Below, one piece after another: positions 37,121-46,633 of a stretch of 58,133 bases of DNA. Below the pieces are notes generated by a model. The model saw only the letters and a program-made list of their open reading frames with translations, ran no database searches and was not told the DNA's origin. The translations under genes were made by a program, and so were the position numbers. Position 1 is the stretch's first letter; the number at the start of each line of letters is the position of its first letter. This DNA comes from Phycisphaerae bacterium. GTDB taxonomy: Bacteria > Planctomycetota > Phycisphaerae > SM23-33. Location: the NCBI GenBank assembly GCA_049510055.1, contig JBEKZI010000004.1:1-58133 (forward strand). Direction: 5' to 3'.

Positions 37121-38347
37121 TTGGTCCAACAGAGCGAGCCGGAGGCAGTTGATCGCCGTCAGGGCGGCGCGGAGGCGGATGAACTCTCGCGTTCCCGCAA
37201 ACAGGTGCTTGTAAGCAACCGTCCCTTTCGGCCCCGCCAAGCCGACGTAAATCAGGCCCACCGGCTTGTCCTTGCTGCCTCCGCCCGGCCCGGCGATTCC
37301 CGTGACGGCAAGGGCCCAATCGGCGGCCAGTCGCTTGCGGCATCCTTCCGCCATGGCCGAGGCCGCCTGCTCGCTAACGGCGCCGAAACGGTCCAGCGTC
37401 TTTGGCGGCACGTCGAGCAGCTCGCCCTTGAGGCGGTTGGCATAGGCGACGACGCCGCCCAGATAATAATCGCTGGAACCGGGCACTGACGTGACCAGTT
37501 GCCCGACCAGTCCGCCCGTGCAGCTCTCGGCCGTGGCCAGCGTGGCCCGGGCCTGACGCAGCAAGCTTCCTGCGGCGGCGGGCAGGGTCTGCTCGTCGGT
37601 GCCGACCACCAGCTTGCCCAGCCGCCGGATGATCTCCGCGACGGTCTGCTCGGCCAGTTCCGCGGCCTGCGTGTGGGTCTTGCCGCTTGCGACCACCCGG
37701 AGCGTGACCATCCCGGCCACGACGGTCGTGCCGACGGCAGGGTTCCGCCCGCGATGCATCAGGTCCTCGACGCGGGCGGCGATGTCCGACTCGCCCTCCC
37801 CGAAGCAGTGCACGAGGCGATGGACCAGGCCGCCGCCTCCGCGCAGACGCGGCGCGACGGAGCGGTCGAACATCTCCCGCATCTCGTGCGGTACGCCGGG
37901 CAGGACGTACACGCCGGCCTTGCCTACCTTCGCCGCGATACCCGGGGCGGTGCCCATCGTGTTGGGGATGGCTTCCGCACCGGCGGGGATCATCGCCTGG
38001 ATGCGATTGGCCGGCGGCATGGTCCGGCCGCGGCGGCGGAAAAATTCCTCGATCTCGGCCGCCCGGTCGGCGTCCAGCACCAGCTCGACGCCCAAAGCCG
38101 CCGCCAGCGCTTGGCGCGTCAGGTCGTCGGCCGTCGGCCCCAGGCCGCCCGTGACCACCACCAGTTCCGCCGCAGCCGCCGCCGATGCGATGGCCTCGGC
38201 GATGGCCTGCTGATCGTCGGCCACGGTCCGGTGCTCGGCGACGGCGATGCCCAGCTCGCCCAGTCGCCGCGACAGGTAGGCGCTGTTGGTGTCCACGGCC
38301 TGGCCGCTGACCAGCTCATCGCCGACGGATAGAACGATTGCCTTCAT
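37118..38347 (-). CDS. cinA: CinA family protein (MoCF-binding domain plus PncC-type nicotinamide-nucleotide amidohydrolase domain)
   Basis: MKAIVLSVGDELVSGQAVDTNSAYLS and VVTGGLGPTADDLT (N-domain). ATAESCTGGL (C-domain). Start set at ATG 38347. The longer tracked ORF prefix is Arg/Gly-rich shadow sequence. Confidence 0.9.
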   Translation of the reverse strand: MKAIVLSVGDELVSGQAVDTNSAYLSRRLGELGIAVAEHRTVADDQQAIAEAIASAAAAAELVVVTGGLGPTADDLTRQALAAALGVELVLDADRAAEIEEFFRRRGRTMPPANRIQAMIPAGAEAIPNTMGTAPGIAAKVGKAGVYVLPGVPHEMREMFDRSVAPRLRGGGGLVHRLVHCFGEGESDIAARVEDLMHRGRNPAVGTTVVAGMVTLRVVASGKTHTQAAELAEQTVAEIIRRLGKLVVGTDEQTLPAAAGSLLRQARATLATAESCTGGLVGQLVTSVPGSSDYYLGGVVAYANRLKGELLDVPPKTLDRFGAVSEQAASAMAEGCRKRLAADWALAVTGIAGPGGGSKDKPVGLIYVGLAGPKGTVAYKHLFAGTREFIRLRAALTAINCLRLALLDQ

Positions 38348-38679
38348 GCCAAGTGGACCTCGTCCATTGCCAGGCCGCACCGCGGGCACACCCCGGCCGG
38401 TGCGGCGGCCAACTCCTCCGGCGTGATGCGGTGCAGGCAGTGCGGGCACAGTCGCATTCCGCCCGCCGCCACGCCATGCGCCGCGCCGCCGGATCGTTTG
38501 GCCTGCCGCGCCAGGATAACCCACGCCGGCGCCGCCGTCACTACGAGGGAAATGAAGAACCACTTCAGGCCGCCGCGGCCGGCCTTGTGCATCCGAATGG
38601 CGGCCACGGTGCACGTGCCCGCGTGCACGCCGAGGGCACAGCCGGCAAGCAAACCCACCGTTACGAACGCGGCGTTCAT
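38344..38679 (-). CDS. Small membrane protein with C-terminal zinc-ribbon (CPHC...CPRC)
   Basis: Two hydrophobic helices, then CPHCLHRITPEELAAAPAGVCPRCG. Strong GC3 bias. ATGA overlap with the cinA start. Confidence 0.6.
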   Translation of the reverse strand: MNAAFVTVGLLAGCALGVHAGTCTVAAIRMHKAGRGGLKWFFISLVVTAAPAWVILARQAKRSGGAAHGVAAGGMRLCPHCLHRITPEELAAAPAGVCPRCGLAMDEVHLA

Positions 38680-38859
38680 GCCGATATCTTAACTGTTTGG
38701 CAGCCACAAAGAAGCCCCCAGGCCCTGCGCCTTGGTTCCCAGGCGGCGGGCGATATAATATGCGGACTGCACCGCCAGTCGGCCAGAGGAGATCCTAACG
38801 TGTGGTTAGTGCGAGGCAGGCCGGTGGGAGCGTTGAACCTTAGAGGAGTTTATTCGCCA

Positions 38860-39336
38860 ATGGCGTGGCGCTTGTTTCTGAGTCTAGCCCTGGGTGCCGC
38901 CTGTGCGGCGGGCGTTGGCTGTGCGGGGGAGTACGGGGACGGCCACTCGGAGGCCGCCGTGATTTCCTCGCGCAGCACGTGGCGGATCACCGGCGATCTG
39001 CAATCCGTCGTCTCCGCCATCGACCAGAATCCCGGCACCGCCGCCGTCAGCGCCGCCCCGGACGGCCGGGGCACGATCACCATCGACCTGGGCAAGCCCT
39101 GCCTGTTCAACATGGTGGTGATCGAGCACGGCAGCAACGAGATGGGCTTCGCCCGTCGTGTGGCCGTTTTGACCAGCTTGGACGGCGAGATATTCACCCA
39201 GCGCTACGTCGGCGTGGGGACGCGGCGGGTTACCATTCTGTACATGGGGACGCCGGTGCTGGCGCGGTACGTCCGCCTGCGGGCGATAGTGGCCGGCGAG
39301 CAGCCCTGGTCCGTGGCTGAGGTGTACTTGCAATAA
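38860..39336 (+). CDS. Discoidin (F5/8 type C)-like domain lipoprotein
   Basis: Lipobox GVGC, with an AGAGGAG RBS upstream. ITIDLGKPCLFNMVVIEHG...ARYVRLRAIV...WSVAEVYLQ resembles the F5/8-C pattern. Start set at ATG 38860 inside the longer tracked ORF. Confidence 0.7.
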   Translation: MAWRLFLSLALGAACAAGVGCAGEYGDGHSEAAVISSRSTWRITGDLQSVVSAIDQNPGTAAVSAAPDGRGTITIDLGKPCLFNMVVIEHGSNEMGFARRVAVLTSLDGEIFTQRYVGVGTRRVTILYMGTPVLARYVRLRAIVAGEQPWSVAEVYLQ

Positions 39337-39396
39337 CCGCCGCGCTCGGCCGCCAGCTCCCGACGTGCTCGGCGGGCCTGGGGCGATTGAGGCCCT

Positions 39397-40854
39397 ATGA
39401 CGTCTCCTGCCAACGCTGATGCCTGCACCTTGCGGCCGGTGAGCCGCCGCAAGCTCCGCCTGATCAACCCCCGCAGCGCCCTGTCCACCATCACCATGCC
39501 GGAAATCATCCGCCGGATGACCTTTTCCCGCCGCGCACTGTTCATGCCGCTGAACCTGGCCATCTGCGCCGCCGTGGTGCCGGAAGGCTGGGACGTGGAG
39601 ATCATCGACGAGAACGTCTCCGACCAGCCGCACCGCCCCGACGCCGCCGGCATCGACGCTGTGGGGATCGGCGCCATGACGACCCAGGCCCGCCGGGCCT
39701 ACGCCCTGGCCGACGCCTACCGCGCGGCGGCCGTGCCGGTCATCCTGGGCGGCATCCACCCCTCGACCATGACGGAAGAAGCCCTGACCCACGCCGACGT
39801 CGTCTGCAAGGGCGACGCGGAAAGCACGTTACCGCGTGCCCTGGCCAGCTTGGCCGCCGGAACGGCAGGAGCCAAAAAGGTTTACGATTGGAAGGACCAT
39901 CCCGATACTCCCATCGCCACGCCGCGCAAGGACCTGCTGAACCCCAAAGATTATCTGGTGTTCAACCCCATCCAGACCACCCGCGGCTGTCCCCACGATT
40001 GCACGTTCTGCACCTCCCCGGCCGTCTTCGGGCGGAAGTTTCGCCAGCGGGACATCGGCGACATCGTGGAGGAGATTCGCCAGGCCCGCGAAGCGTTCGG
40101 CACCCGGACGTTCATCTTTTCCGACGACAACGTGGCCGGCAACCACGTCTGGGCGATGGAGCTGTTCGAGGCCATCAAGCCCCTGAAAATCGTCTGGGCC
40201 TCGCAGTGTGACATCCTCGTGTCGCGCAATCCCAAGCTGCTGGCGGCCATGAAAGGCAGCGGCTGCATCGGCGTGATTTTGGGACTGGAAAGCCCCAAGG
40301 CCGCCACGCTGCGGCAGGCGGGCAAGCGGTACACCCAGCCGGGCGAGTATCTGTCGGCCATTGCCGCGTTGCAGTCCCGCGGCATCAGCGTCTGGGGCAG
40401 CTTCATCTTCGGCTTCGACGGGGAGGACTGGCGCGACTGCCGCGACGCCGTGCGGTTCGCCCGGCGGGCGCGGCTGTGCATGAGCTGCTATCCCATCCTG
40501 ACGCCGTTCCCCGGGACGGCCGTGTTCGAGCAGTATCATCGGGAAGGCCGGCTGATGACGACCGACTGGGACAAGTACAACGGCTCGACGGTGGTGTATC
40601 GGCCCGACCGAATGACGCCGGAGGAGCTGAATCACGCGCAGATGGCGGCCTTCAACGAGTTCTACGCACCGGCTTCGGCGATGGGGCGGTTGGGCCTCTG
40701 GCCCCTCCGGATGCGAAGCTGGCTGGCCAACGTGGCGATTCACCGCGGCCTGACGTACTACTACGGCCGCCGGGGCCGGCCGCTGCCTCGGTTCGGCGAT
40801 TTCCTCGCCCCCGACCGCCGGGAGCGCATCGCCCGCAGCCTGGGCAAAAGATGA
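39397..40854 (+). CDS. B12-binding-domain radical SAM protein
   Basis: N-terminal cobalamin-binding-like domain (AVGIGAMTTQ...VILGGIHPS). Radical SAM cluster motif GCPHDCTFC. Confidence 0.85.
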   Translation: MTSPANADACTLRPVSRRKLRLINPRSALSTITMPEIIRRMTFSRRALFMPLNLAICAAVVPEGWDVEIIDENVSDQPHRPDAAGIDAVGIGAMTTQARRAYALADAYRAAAVPVILGGIHPSTMTEEALTHADVVCKGDAESTLPRALASLAAGTAGAKKVYDWKDHPDTPIATPRKDLLNPKDYLVFNPIQTTRGCPHDCTFCTSPAVFGRKFRQRDIGDIVEEIRQAREAFGTRTFIFSDDNVAGNHVWAMELFEAIKPLKIVWASQCDILVSRNPKLLAAMKGSGCIGVILGLESPKAATLRQAGKRYTQPGEYLSAIAALQSRGISVWGSFIFGFDGEDWRDCRDAVRFARRARLCMSCYPILTPFPGTAVFEQYHREGRLMTTDWDKYNGSTVVYRPDRMTPEELNHAQMAAFNEFYAPASAMGRLGLWPLRMRSWLANVAIHRGLTYYYGRRGRPLPRFGDFLAPDRRERIARSLGKR

Positions 40855-40885
40855 TGAAACCGCGCCGGGGCGATATACTACCGTC

Positions 40886-41875
40886 ATGAGTCTCCTGGGC
40901 AGGATCACCAAGCGGCGCACGCTGGCGGCGCTGATTGCTTTGTCGGTCGTGACCACCGTGCTTGGGCATCCGGCCGCCTCCCGGCTGCAAAACCTTCTCT
41001 CCCCGCTGCTGGCCCCCTTCCGCGACGTAGGCATGTACCTCACCGTGACCATGCGGCAGAACATGGAGGCGGCGGGGGCCAAGGGGCTGACGCTCCAGGA
41101 GCAGGAAAAGCTTCACAACGAGCTGGACACACTCCGCGGCTATACGGCCTACTGGAAGCACGAGGCCGAAAAGACCCAGGAGCAGCTCGACGCCCTCCAG
41201 AAATTTCAGAAGAGTTACAGTCCCGTCAAGGACCTGCCCTGCGAGCTGATTCCGGCCCGCGTCGTCGGGGAGGCGTCGCTGCCCTACACGCAGGAACGGT
41301 CGCTCAACGTCGGGCAAGACGGCGGCGCCCAGCCGGGCGAGTGGGTGCTGGTGACGGACCGCTCCAAGGCCCTGCCTTCCGGCCTGGCGGTGGTCTCAGC
41401 CTCGGCGCTGGTGGGGCGCGTCACGGGCGCGGGGGCGTTCTCAGCCCAGGTGCAGTTGGTGACGGACCACCATTTCAAGACGGCCGCGAGAATACGCCGC
41501 ATCCCCGATCCCGGTCACCCGCGCGAAATTCGCCTGACCGCCGAGGGCAACGCGCGGATCGAGATCCTCAACGAGAAGAACAACCGCCCGATCGACGTCC
41601 AAGCCGCCGGCGATGGAGCCGGCGGGCTGACTATTGCCGACGTGTGGCGCTACGACAACGTTCAGCCGGGGGACCTGGTGGTGACGGCGGAAGACAAGTT
41701 CCTCCCCCTGGAGGTTCGCATCGGCCGCGTTCAGGAGGTTCGCCCGGACCCCATGCACCCGGATCGCGTGATCATCGCGGTGCGTCCCGAGGCGGACCTG
41801 AGCACCCTTCGCAACGTGTTCGTCGTGAACAATCTGCCGGAGCACATCAGCCGGTCCGCAGGCGGTAAAAAATAA
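40886..41875 (+). CDS. mreC: Rod-shape determining protein MreC
   Basis: N-terminal TM, a coiled-coil segment (QEQEKLHNELDTLRGY...QEQLDALQKF), then beta-barrel repeats (VVSASALVGRVTGAGAFSAQVQLVTD). Position is before mreD. Confidence 0.8.
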   Translation: MSLLGRITKRRTLAALIALSVVTTVLGHPAASRLQNLLSPLLAPFRDVGMYLTVTMRQNMEAAGAKGLTLQEQEKLHNELDTLRGYTAYWKHEAEKTQEQLDALQKFQKSYSPVKDLPCELIPARVVGEASLPYTQERSLNVGQDGGAQPGEWVLVTDRSKALPSGLAVVSASALVGRVTGAGAFSAQVQLVTDHHFKTAARIRRIPDPGHPREIRLTAEGNARIEILNEKNNRPIDVQAAGDGAGGLTIADVWRYDNVQPGDLVVTAEDKFLPLEVRIGRVQEVRPDPMHPDRVIIAVRPEADLSTLRNVFVVNNLPEHISRSAGGKK

Positions 41876-41876
41876 C

Positions 41877-42434
41877 ATGCGATGGGTTCCCTTCATCATC
41901 CTGGTGTACGTGGTCCTGCTGGTGCAGACGACGGTGGGCAAGATGCTGACGTTCCCGCGGACCGCCCTAGGGACCGTCGGCCCGGACCTGGCGGCGATTC
42001 TGGCCGTGTTCCTGGCCCTGCGTCTGCGCGACGGGGCGGACCTGGCCATCGCCGCCTGGGTGCTGGGGCTGGCCATCGACCTGACCACCGGCGGCCAAGC
42101 CGTCGGGCCGATGGCCTTGGCCTACGTCGTGGCCGCTGCGGCCGTGCTGCGGGTTCGGGAGGCATTCTTCCGCGAGCGGATCGCGGCACAGGTGTTCCTG
42201 GCCATGATCTTTTGCCTGCTGGCCCACGGGATGTGGGTCACGATCCAGTCGGTGCTGACGCCGTCGGCCGGCCGGTCCTGGGGGCTTTACTGGCAAATGT
42301 TGAAGCAGGCCTTTGCCCTGGCCATCTACACCGCGGCGCTGATGCCGGTGGGGCACTGGGCCTTGCGCAAGTGTGAGCGGTTCCTCATCGCTCCGCAAGC
42401 AGGGCGAAGCCGCGGCGCCCGGGGGATGAGGTAA
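41877..42434 (+). CDS. mreD: Rod-shape determining protein MreD
   Basis: 185-aa polytopic protein immediately after mreC and before mrdA. Called mainly on position and hydrophobicity. Confidence 0.7.
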   Translation: MRWVPFIILVYVVLLVQTTVGKMLTFPRTALGTVGPDLAAILAVFLALRLRDGADLAIAAWVLGLAIDLTTGGQAVGPMALAYVVAAAAVLRVREAFFRERIAAQVFLAMIFCLLAHGMWVTIQSVLTPSAGRSWGLYWQMLKQAFALAIYTAALMPVGHWALRKCERFLIAPQAGRSRGARGMR

Positions 42435-42485
42435 GATAAACAGGCCGTCCCCTCGTAGCCGCCAAGGACGGGAAATCGGCGAGGC

Positions 42486-44465
42486 ATGTACGAGCGTCGC
42501 GTCAAGATGCTCCTGGCCCTGATGGGCCTGGTCTTCCTGGGAATCCTGACCAGGTTGTTTCAATTGCAGGTGTGGTCCGGCGCTCAGTATCGCCAGGAGA
42601 TCACGCGGCAGACCTGGCGGGACGACGTCCTGCCCGCCAGCCGCGGGCACATTCTCGACCGCCAGGGCGCCATCCTGGCGGTGGATGAGCCGTGCTTCGA
42701 CCTGTGCGTGGACTACCGCCTGCTGTTCAGCTGGTTCCAGACCGCCCCCGACGACGCCGCCCGCCGGGCCTTCCGCAAAAAGGTCGCCTGGTGGGAAGGC
42801 CAGCAGCGCAAGGCACTCTTGGCCGCCGCGGGCCCGCGCGAGGACCGCCGCAGTCCGGAGCAGTGGCGAGACCTCGGTGCGGAGATGCTGCACCAGCACG
42901 TCGCCAACACCTGGCGGGTCGCCAGCGACCTGGCCGGGTCGGACGCGGCACTGGAGGAGACGTGCCGGGCCATCGTCGCGCGGGTGGAACGCCTGCGCGA
43001 TGCCAGCCGCCACAAGAATCCCCGCGAGCAGTTCATGGCGCACCCGGTCGTCCAAGAGCTGGACGAGGCCCAGGCCGTCGCCGTCAAGGCGCAGTTGGAC
43101 GACCTGGCGGGCGTGACCGTCCAACCCAGCTTCAAGCGGCGCTATCCCTACGGCCAACTGGCCTGCCACGTCATCGGATACACGGGCCAGGTCAGCGCCG
43201 CCGACCAGGAGCATAAAAATTCATCCGATGACAACGGCGATCCGTATCTGGACGGCGAGGTCATCGGCAAAAGCGGCGTGGAGCGGATGTGCGAAGACCT
43301 GCTCCGCGGCCGGCGGGGCAACCGGCGGATGAATCGCATCACCGGCGCCCTCGTCAGCCAGATACCGACTGAGAACGGCCAGGACGTTCACCTGACGCTG
43401 GACATTGCCCTCCAGGAGGAGCTGGCCAAGCTGTTTCCCGCCGGCGCCAGCGGCTGCATCGTGGTGCTGTCGGTACCGCGGGGAGAGGTGCTGGCGATGG
43501 TCTCGCTGCCGGGCTTCGACTTGAACACCTTCCGGGCCGATTACGCCAAGCTGGTCAAGGACGATTTGTATCTGCCCCTGCGGAACCGGGCCGTTTCCCA
43601 GTTGTATGCCCCCGGCTCCACCGCCAAGCCGATCGTCGCGCTGGCCGGGCTGGCCACGGGCGCCATCGACCTGAATACGACATTCGTCTGCACGGGCTAC
43701 CTCGATCCGGCCGAGCCCAACGCCTATCGTTGCTGGACGGTCAAGCGAGGCCTGCCGGGCCACGGGCCGATGAATGTCGTCGAGGGGCTGAAGCATAGCT
43801 GCAACGTCTTTTTCTATCACGTCGGCCAGGCGGTCGGCGGTCCGCGGTTGGCGGCCTGGTTCGCCCAGTTCGGCTTTACGGAAAGTCCGCACGTCGGGCT
43901 GCCGGAGGAGCGGGCCGGCCTCGTCGCCCCCGGCGCCGGCTTGGCCGACAGCCGGCAGATGGGCATCGGGCAGGGGCCGATCGCCGTGACGCCGCTGCAC
44001 GTGGCCAACGCCATGGCCACCATCGCCCGGGACGGGGTGTTCTGCGATCCCATATTGGTCATGGAGGGCGCTCCGTCGAACCTGCCGCGAGAGCAGCGCC
44101 GGCTGCCGCTGGACCCCGCCTACCTGGCCGCGGTCAAGCTGGGCATGTATAAGGTGGTGAATGACTCCGACGGCACGGCCTACAAACCGTTCCACGAGGG
44201 GGAATTTGAGCCGCTGGGCATCGACGTCTGCGGCAAGACCGGCACGGCGACGGTCGCGCCCGAGACGACCGCCTCAGGCCGGCGGCGTGAGGGCGACATG
44301 GCCTGGTTCGCCGGCTTTGCCCCGTATAAGAATCCGCAGATCGCCTTCGCGGTGGTGGTGGAGTACGTCCAGCAGGGCGGCGGGGCGGTCAACGCCGGCC
44401 CCATCGCCCGCGAGACCATCCGCGCCTGCATGAAGCGCGGCTACATTCATGCGGAGGGCCCATGA
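42486..44465 (+). CDS. mrdA: Penicillin-binding protein 2 (elongasome transpeptidase)
   Basis: PBP dimerisation domain plus transpeptidase motifs STAKP, SCN and KTGTA. Confidence 0.93.
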   Translation: MYERRVKMLLALMGLVFLGILTRLFQLQVWSGAQYRQEITRQTWRDDVLPASRGHILDRQGAILAVDEPCFDLCVDYRLLFSWFQTAPDDAARRAFRKKVAWWEGQQRKALLAAAGPREDRRSPEQWRDLGAEMLHQHVANTWRVASDLAGSDAALEETCRAIVARVERLRDASRHKNPREQFMAHPVVQELDEAQAVAVKAQLDDLAGVTVQPSFKRRYPYGQLACHVIGYTGQVSAADQEHKNSSDDNGDPYLDGEVIGKSGVERMCEDLLRGRRGNRRMNRITGALVSQIPTENGQDVHLTLDIALQEELAKLFPAGASGCIVVLSVPRGEVLAMVSLPGFDLNTFRADYAKLVKDDLYLPLRNRAVSQLYAPGSTAKPIVALAGLATGAIDLNTTFVCTGYLDPAEPNAYRCWTVKRGLPGHGPMNVVEGLKHSCNVFFYHVGQAVGGPRLAAWFAQFGFTESPHVGLPEERAGLVAPGAGLADSRQMGIGQGPIAVTPLHVANAMATIARDGVFCDPILVMEGAPSNLPREQRRLPLDPAYLAAVKLGMYKVVNDSDGTAYKPFHEGEFEPLGIDVCGKTGTATVAPETTASGRRREGDMAWFAGFAPYKNPQIAFAVVVEYVQQGGGAVNAGPIARETIRACMKRGYIHAEGP

Positions 44466-45691
44466 TGTCCGGCACATTCGCCCGATACCTCCGCTACACG
44501 AGCTGGCCGATCATCGCGGCCATGGTCACGCTGATGGCCTGGGGCGTGACGGCCATCCACGTCTCGGAGCAGAACGACCCGTCCATCGCGGGCTTCGCCA
44601 ACAAGCAGATGATCTTCGCGTGCGTGGCCCTGGTGGCGTTCGTCGCGGCCACGCTCGTGTCGTACCCTCGCCTGGGGCAGGCGGCCTACGCCCTGTTCGC
44701 CCTGACGCTGTTGTTGCTGGTGGTGGTGCTCTTTCTGCCGGCCCGCGGCGGGGCGCGGCGGTGGATCTTTTTGGGGCCCATCCAGGCGCAGCCCTCCGAG
44801 GTGGCCAAGCTGACGTACATCCTCATGTTGGCCTGGTACCTGCGGTATCGCGACAATTACCGTCGCCTGATGGGGCTGATCGTCCCGTTCGTGCTCACCT
44901 TCGTGCCGCTGGGATTGATCCTGATCGAGCCGGACCTGGGCACCAGCCTGCTGTTCCTGCCCACGCTGTACCTGATGCTTTTTGCGGCCGGGGCGAAGCT
45001 GCGGCACCTGCTGGGCATCGTCGCGGTGGCCACGGCCGTCGTGCTGCTGCCCGTGCCGGTGAAGCTGGCGGCCTCGGCGCCGCGGCCGAGCCTGGCGTAC
45101 GCCGTGGTGTCGGTGGGGGGGCAGCGGTATGCCATCTCGGCGGCGTCGCTGGCGGTGATGGAGCCGCACCAGTTGTCGCGGATCGAAGGGTGGCTGCACC
45201 AGAGCAACCTGAGGGACACCGAAAAAGGCTATCAGCTCGCCCAGTCCAAGATGATCTTAGGGGCCGGGCGATGGATCGGCGGCCGCGATTGGAGCGAAGG
45301 GGAAATCTTCTTCCAGATGCTGCCGGAGGACCACACAGACTTCATCTTCGCCGTCCTGGGCGGGCAGTGGGGGTTCCTGGGCTGCCTGGGCGTGCTGCTG
45401 CTATACGGCGTGATCTTTTTGTTTGGTGCGGAGATTGCGGTGATCACGTCCGATCCCTTCGGGCGGCTGCTGGCGGTGGGGGTGCTGGCGCTGCTGTTTT
45501 CGCAAATCGTGATCAACGTCGGCATGACAATGGGCCTGATGCCCGTGACGGGCATGACGCTGCCGATGATGAGCTACGGCGGGTCTTCGCTGGTCGTCAA
45601 CGGCGCGGCGTTGGGGCTGCTGGTGAACGTCGGCCAGCGCCGGCCCATCAATCTCGGCCCCAAGCCGTTTGAGTACGACGACACGGAGTAG
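44462..45691 (+). CDS. rodA: SEDS glycosyltransferase RodA
   Basis: FtsW/RodA/SpoVE motifs QPSEVAKL, PEDHTDFIFAVLG and GMTLPMMSYGGSS. ATGA overlap with mrdA. Confidence 0.93.
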   Translation: MMSGTFARYLRYTSWPIIAAMVTLMAWGVTAIHVSEQNDPSIAGFANKQMIFACVALVAFVAATLVSYPRLGQAAYALFALTLLLLVVVLFLPARGGARRWIFLGPIQAQPSEVAKLTYILMLAWYLRYRDNYRRLMGLIVPFVLTFVPLGLILIEPDLGTSLLFLPTLYLMLFAAGAKLRHLLGIVAVATAVVLLPVPVKLAASAPRPSLAYAVVSVGGQRYAISAASLAVMEPHQLSRIEGWLHQSNLRDTEKGYQLAQSKMILGAGRWIGGRDWSEGEIFFQMLPEDHTDFIFAVLGGQWGFLGCLGVLLLYGVIFLFGAEIAVITSDPFGRLLAVGVLALLFSQIVINVGMTMGLMPVTGMTLPMMSYGGSSLVVNGAALGLLVNVGQRRPINLGPKPFEYDDTE

Positions 45692-45727
45692 GCCCCCGTC
45701 CCGCGCAGAAAAATAACGAAAACAACC

Positions 45728-46633
45728 ATGGGCGACGAAACGCAGGAAACCGGCCTGGCCTTTTCGCGGGCGCTGGCGCTAGAAACATCCGCCCGGCCGC
45801 GGCGGGAGGTGCTGCGCCTGCCGGACGGCTACCCGACCAGCGTGTACGTCTATGGGCCGTCGCAGCGGTCGGAGCACCTGCCCGTGCTGTACGTTCACGG
45901 CATCCAGTCGCATCCGGGCTGGTTTGCCGGTTCGTGCGATTACCTGGCCGGGGCGGGCCATCCGGTCTTTGCGGTCTGCCGGCGGGGCAGCGGAAATAAC
46001 GTGCTTCGTCGCGGCCACGCCGCCACGGCCGGCCAATTGCTGGACGACGTGGAGGCGGCCTGCCGATACGTGCTGGACGCCGCGGGCCAAAATCGCCTCG
46101 CGCTGGTGGGGGTCAGTTGGGGCGGCAAGCTGCTGGCCTGCTACGCCGCCCATCCGGCGCGAAAAGTGGAGGTCGCTTCGCTGACGCTAATCGCCCCAGG
46201 GATTGTGCCGCAAGTGGACGTGGGCCTGGCCACGAAGCTGGCCGTCGGCGTGGCGCTGTTGGTGGCCCCGCAGCGACGGTTTGACATCCCTCTCAGCGAC
46301 GTGGAGCTGTTCACCGACAATCCCGCCATGCAAGCGTACCTTCGGGCCGACCGCCACCGGCTGCTGCGGGCCACGGCGCGGCTGCTATACGCCAGTAAGC
46401 GGCTCGACAGCATGCTTGCGTCGGCCCGGCCGGGGGCCGTGACCGTCCCGACGACCCTCATCCTGTCCGACAACGACCGGATCATCGATAACGCCGGCAC
46501 GCGCCGGGTGGTGGATCGCCTGACCGGCGGTCGGGCGGTGGTGCAGGTCCTGCGCGGCGCGCACACGCTGGAGTTCGAGGAAGACCCCACGCCGCTGTAC
46601 CAGGCCTTGGCCGAGGCGGTCCGTCGCGGCTAG
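45728..46633 (+). CDS. Alpha/beta hydrolase (lysophospholipase/monoacylglycerol-lipase-like)
   Basis: HG oxyanion motif (YVHGIQSHPGWF), nucleophile elbow GVSWGG, C-terminal GAHTLEFE. Confidence 0.8.
   Translation: MGDETQETGLAFSRALALETSARPRREVLRLPDGYPTSVYVYGPSQRSEHLPVLYVHGIQSHPGWFAGSCDYLAGAGHPVFAVCRRGSGNNVLRRGHAATAGQLLDDVEAACRYVLDAAGQNRLALVGVSWGGKLLACYAAHPARKVEVASLTLIAPGIVPQVDVGLATKLAVGVALLVAPQRRFDIPLSDVELFTDNPAMQAYLRADRHRLLRATARLLYASKRLDSMLASARPGAVTVPTTLILSDNDRIIDNAGTRRVVDRLTGGRAVVQVLRGAHTLEFEEDPTPLYQALAEAVRRG

Noticed and set aside
37118-38707. N-terminal extensions of tracked ORFs: cinA 38348-38707, pdxA-family 4590-4718, fliI 15371-15481, accA 49609-49737, trpA 51600-51731, trpB 52834-53025, discoidin 38338-38859 and larC-adjacent 48328-49374
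   Set aside because: The extensions are Arg/Gly-rich, overlap neighbouring genes, and precede internal ATG/GTG codons where family-typical N-termini begin (often with an RBS or ATGA coupling). I used the internal starts.
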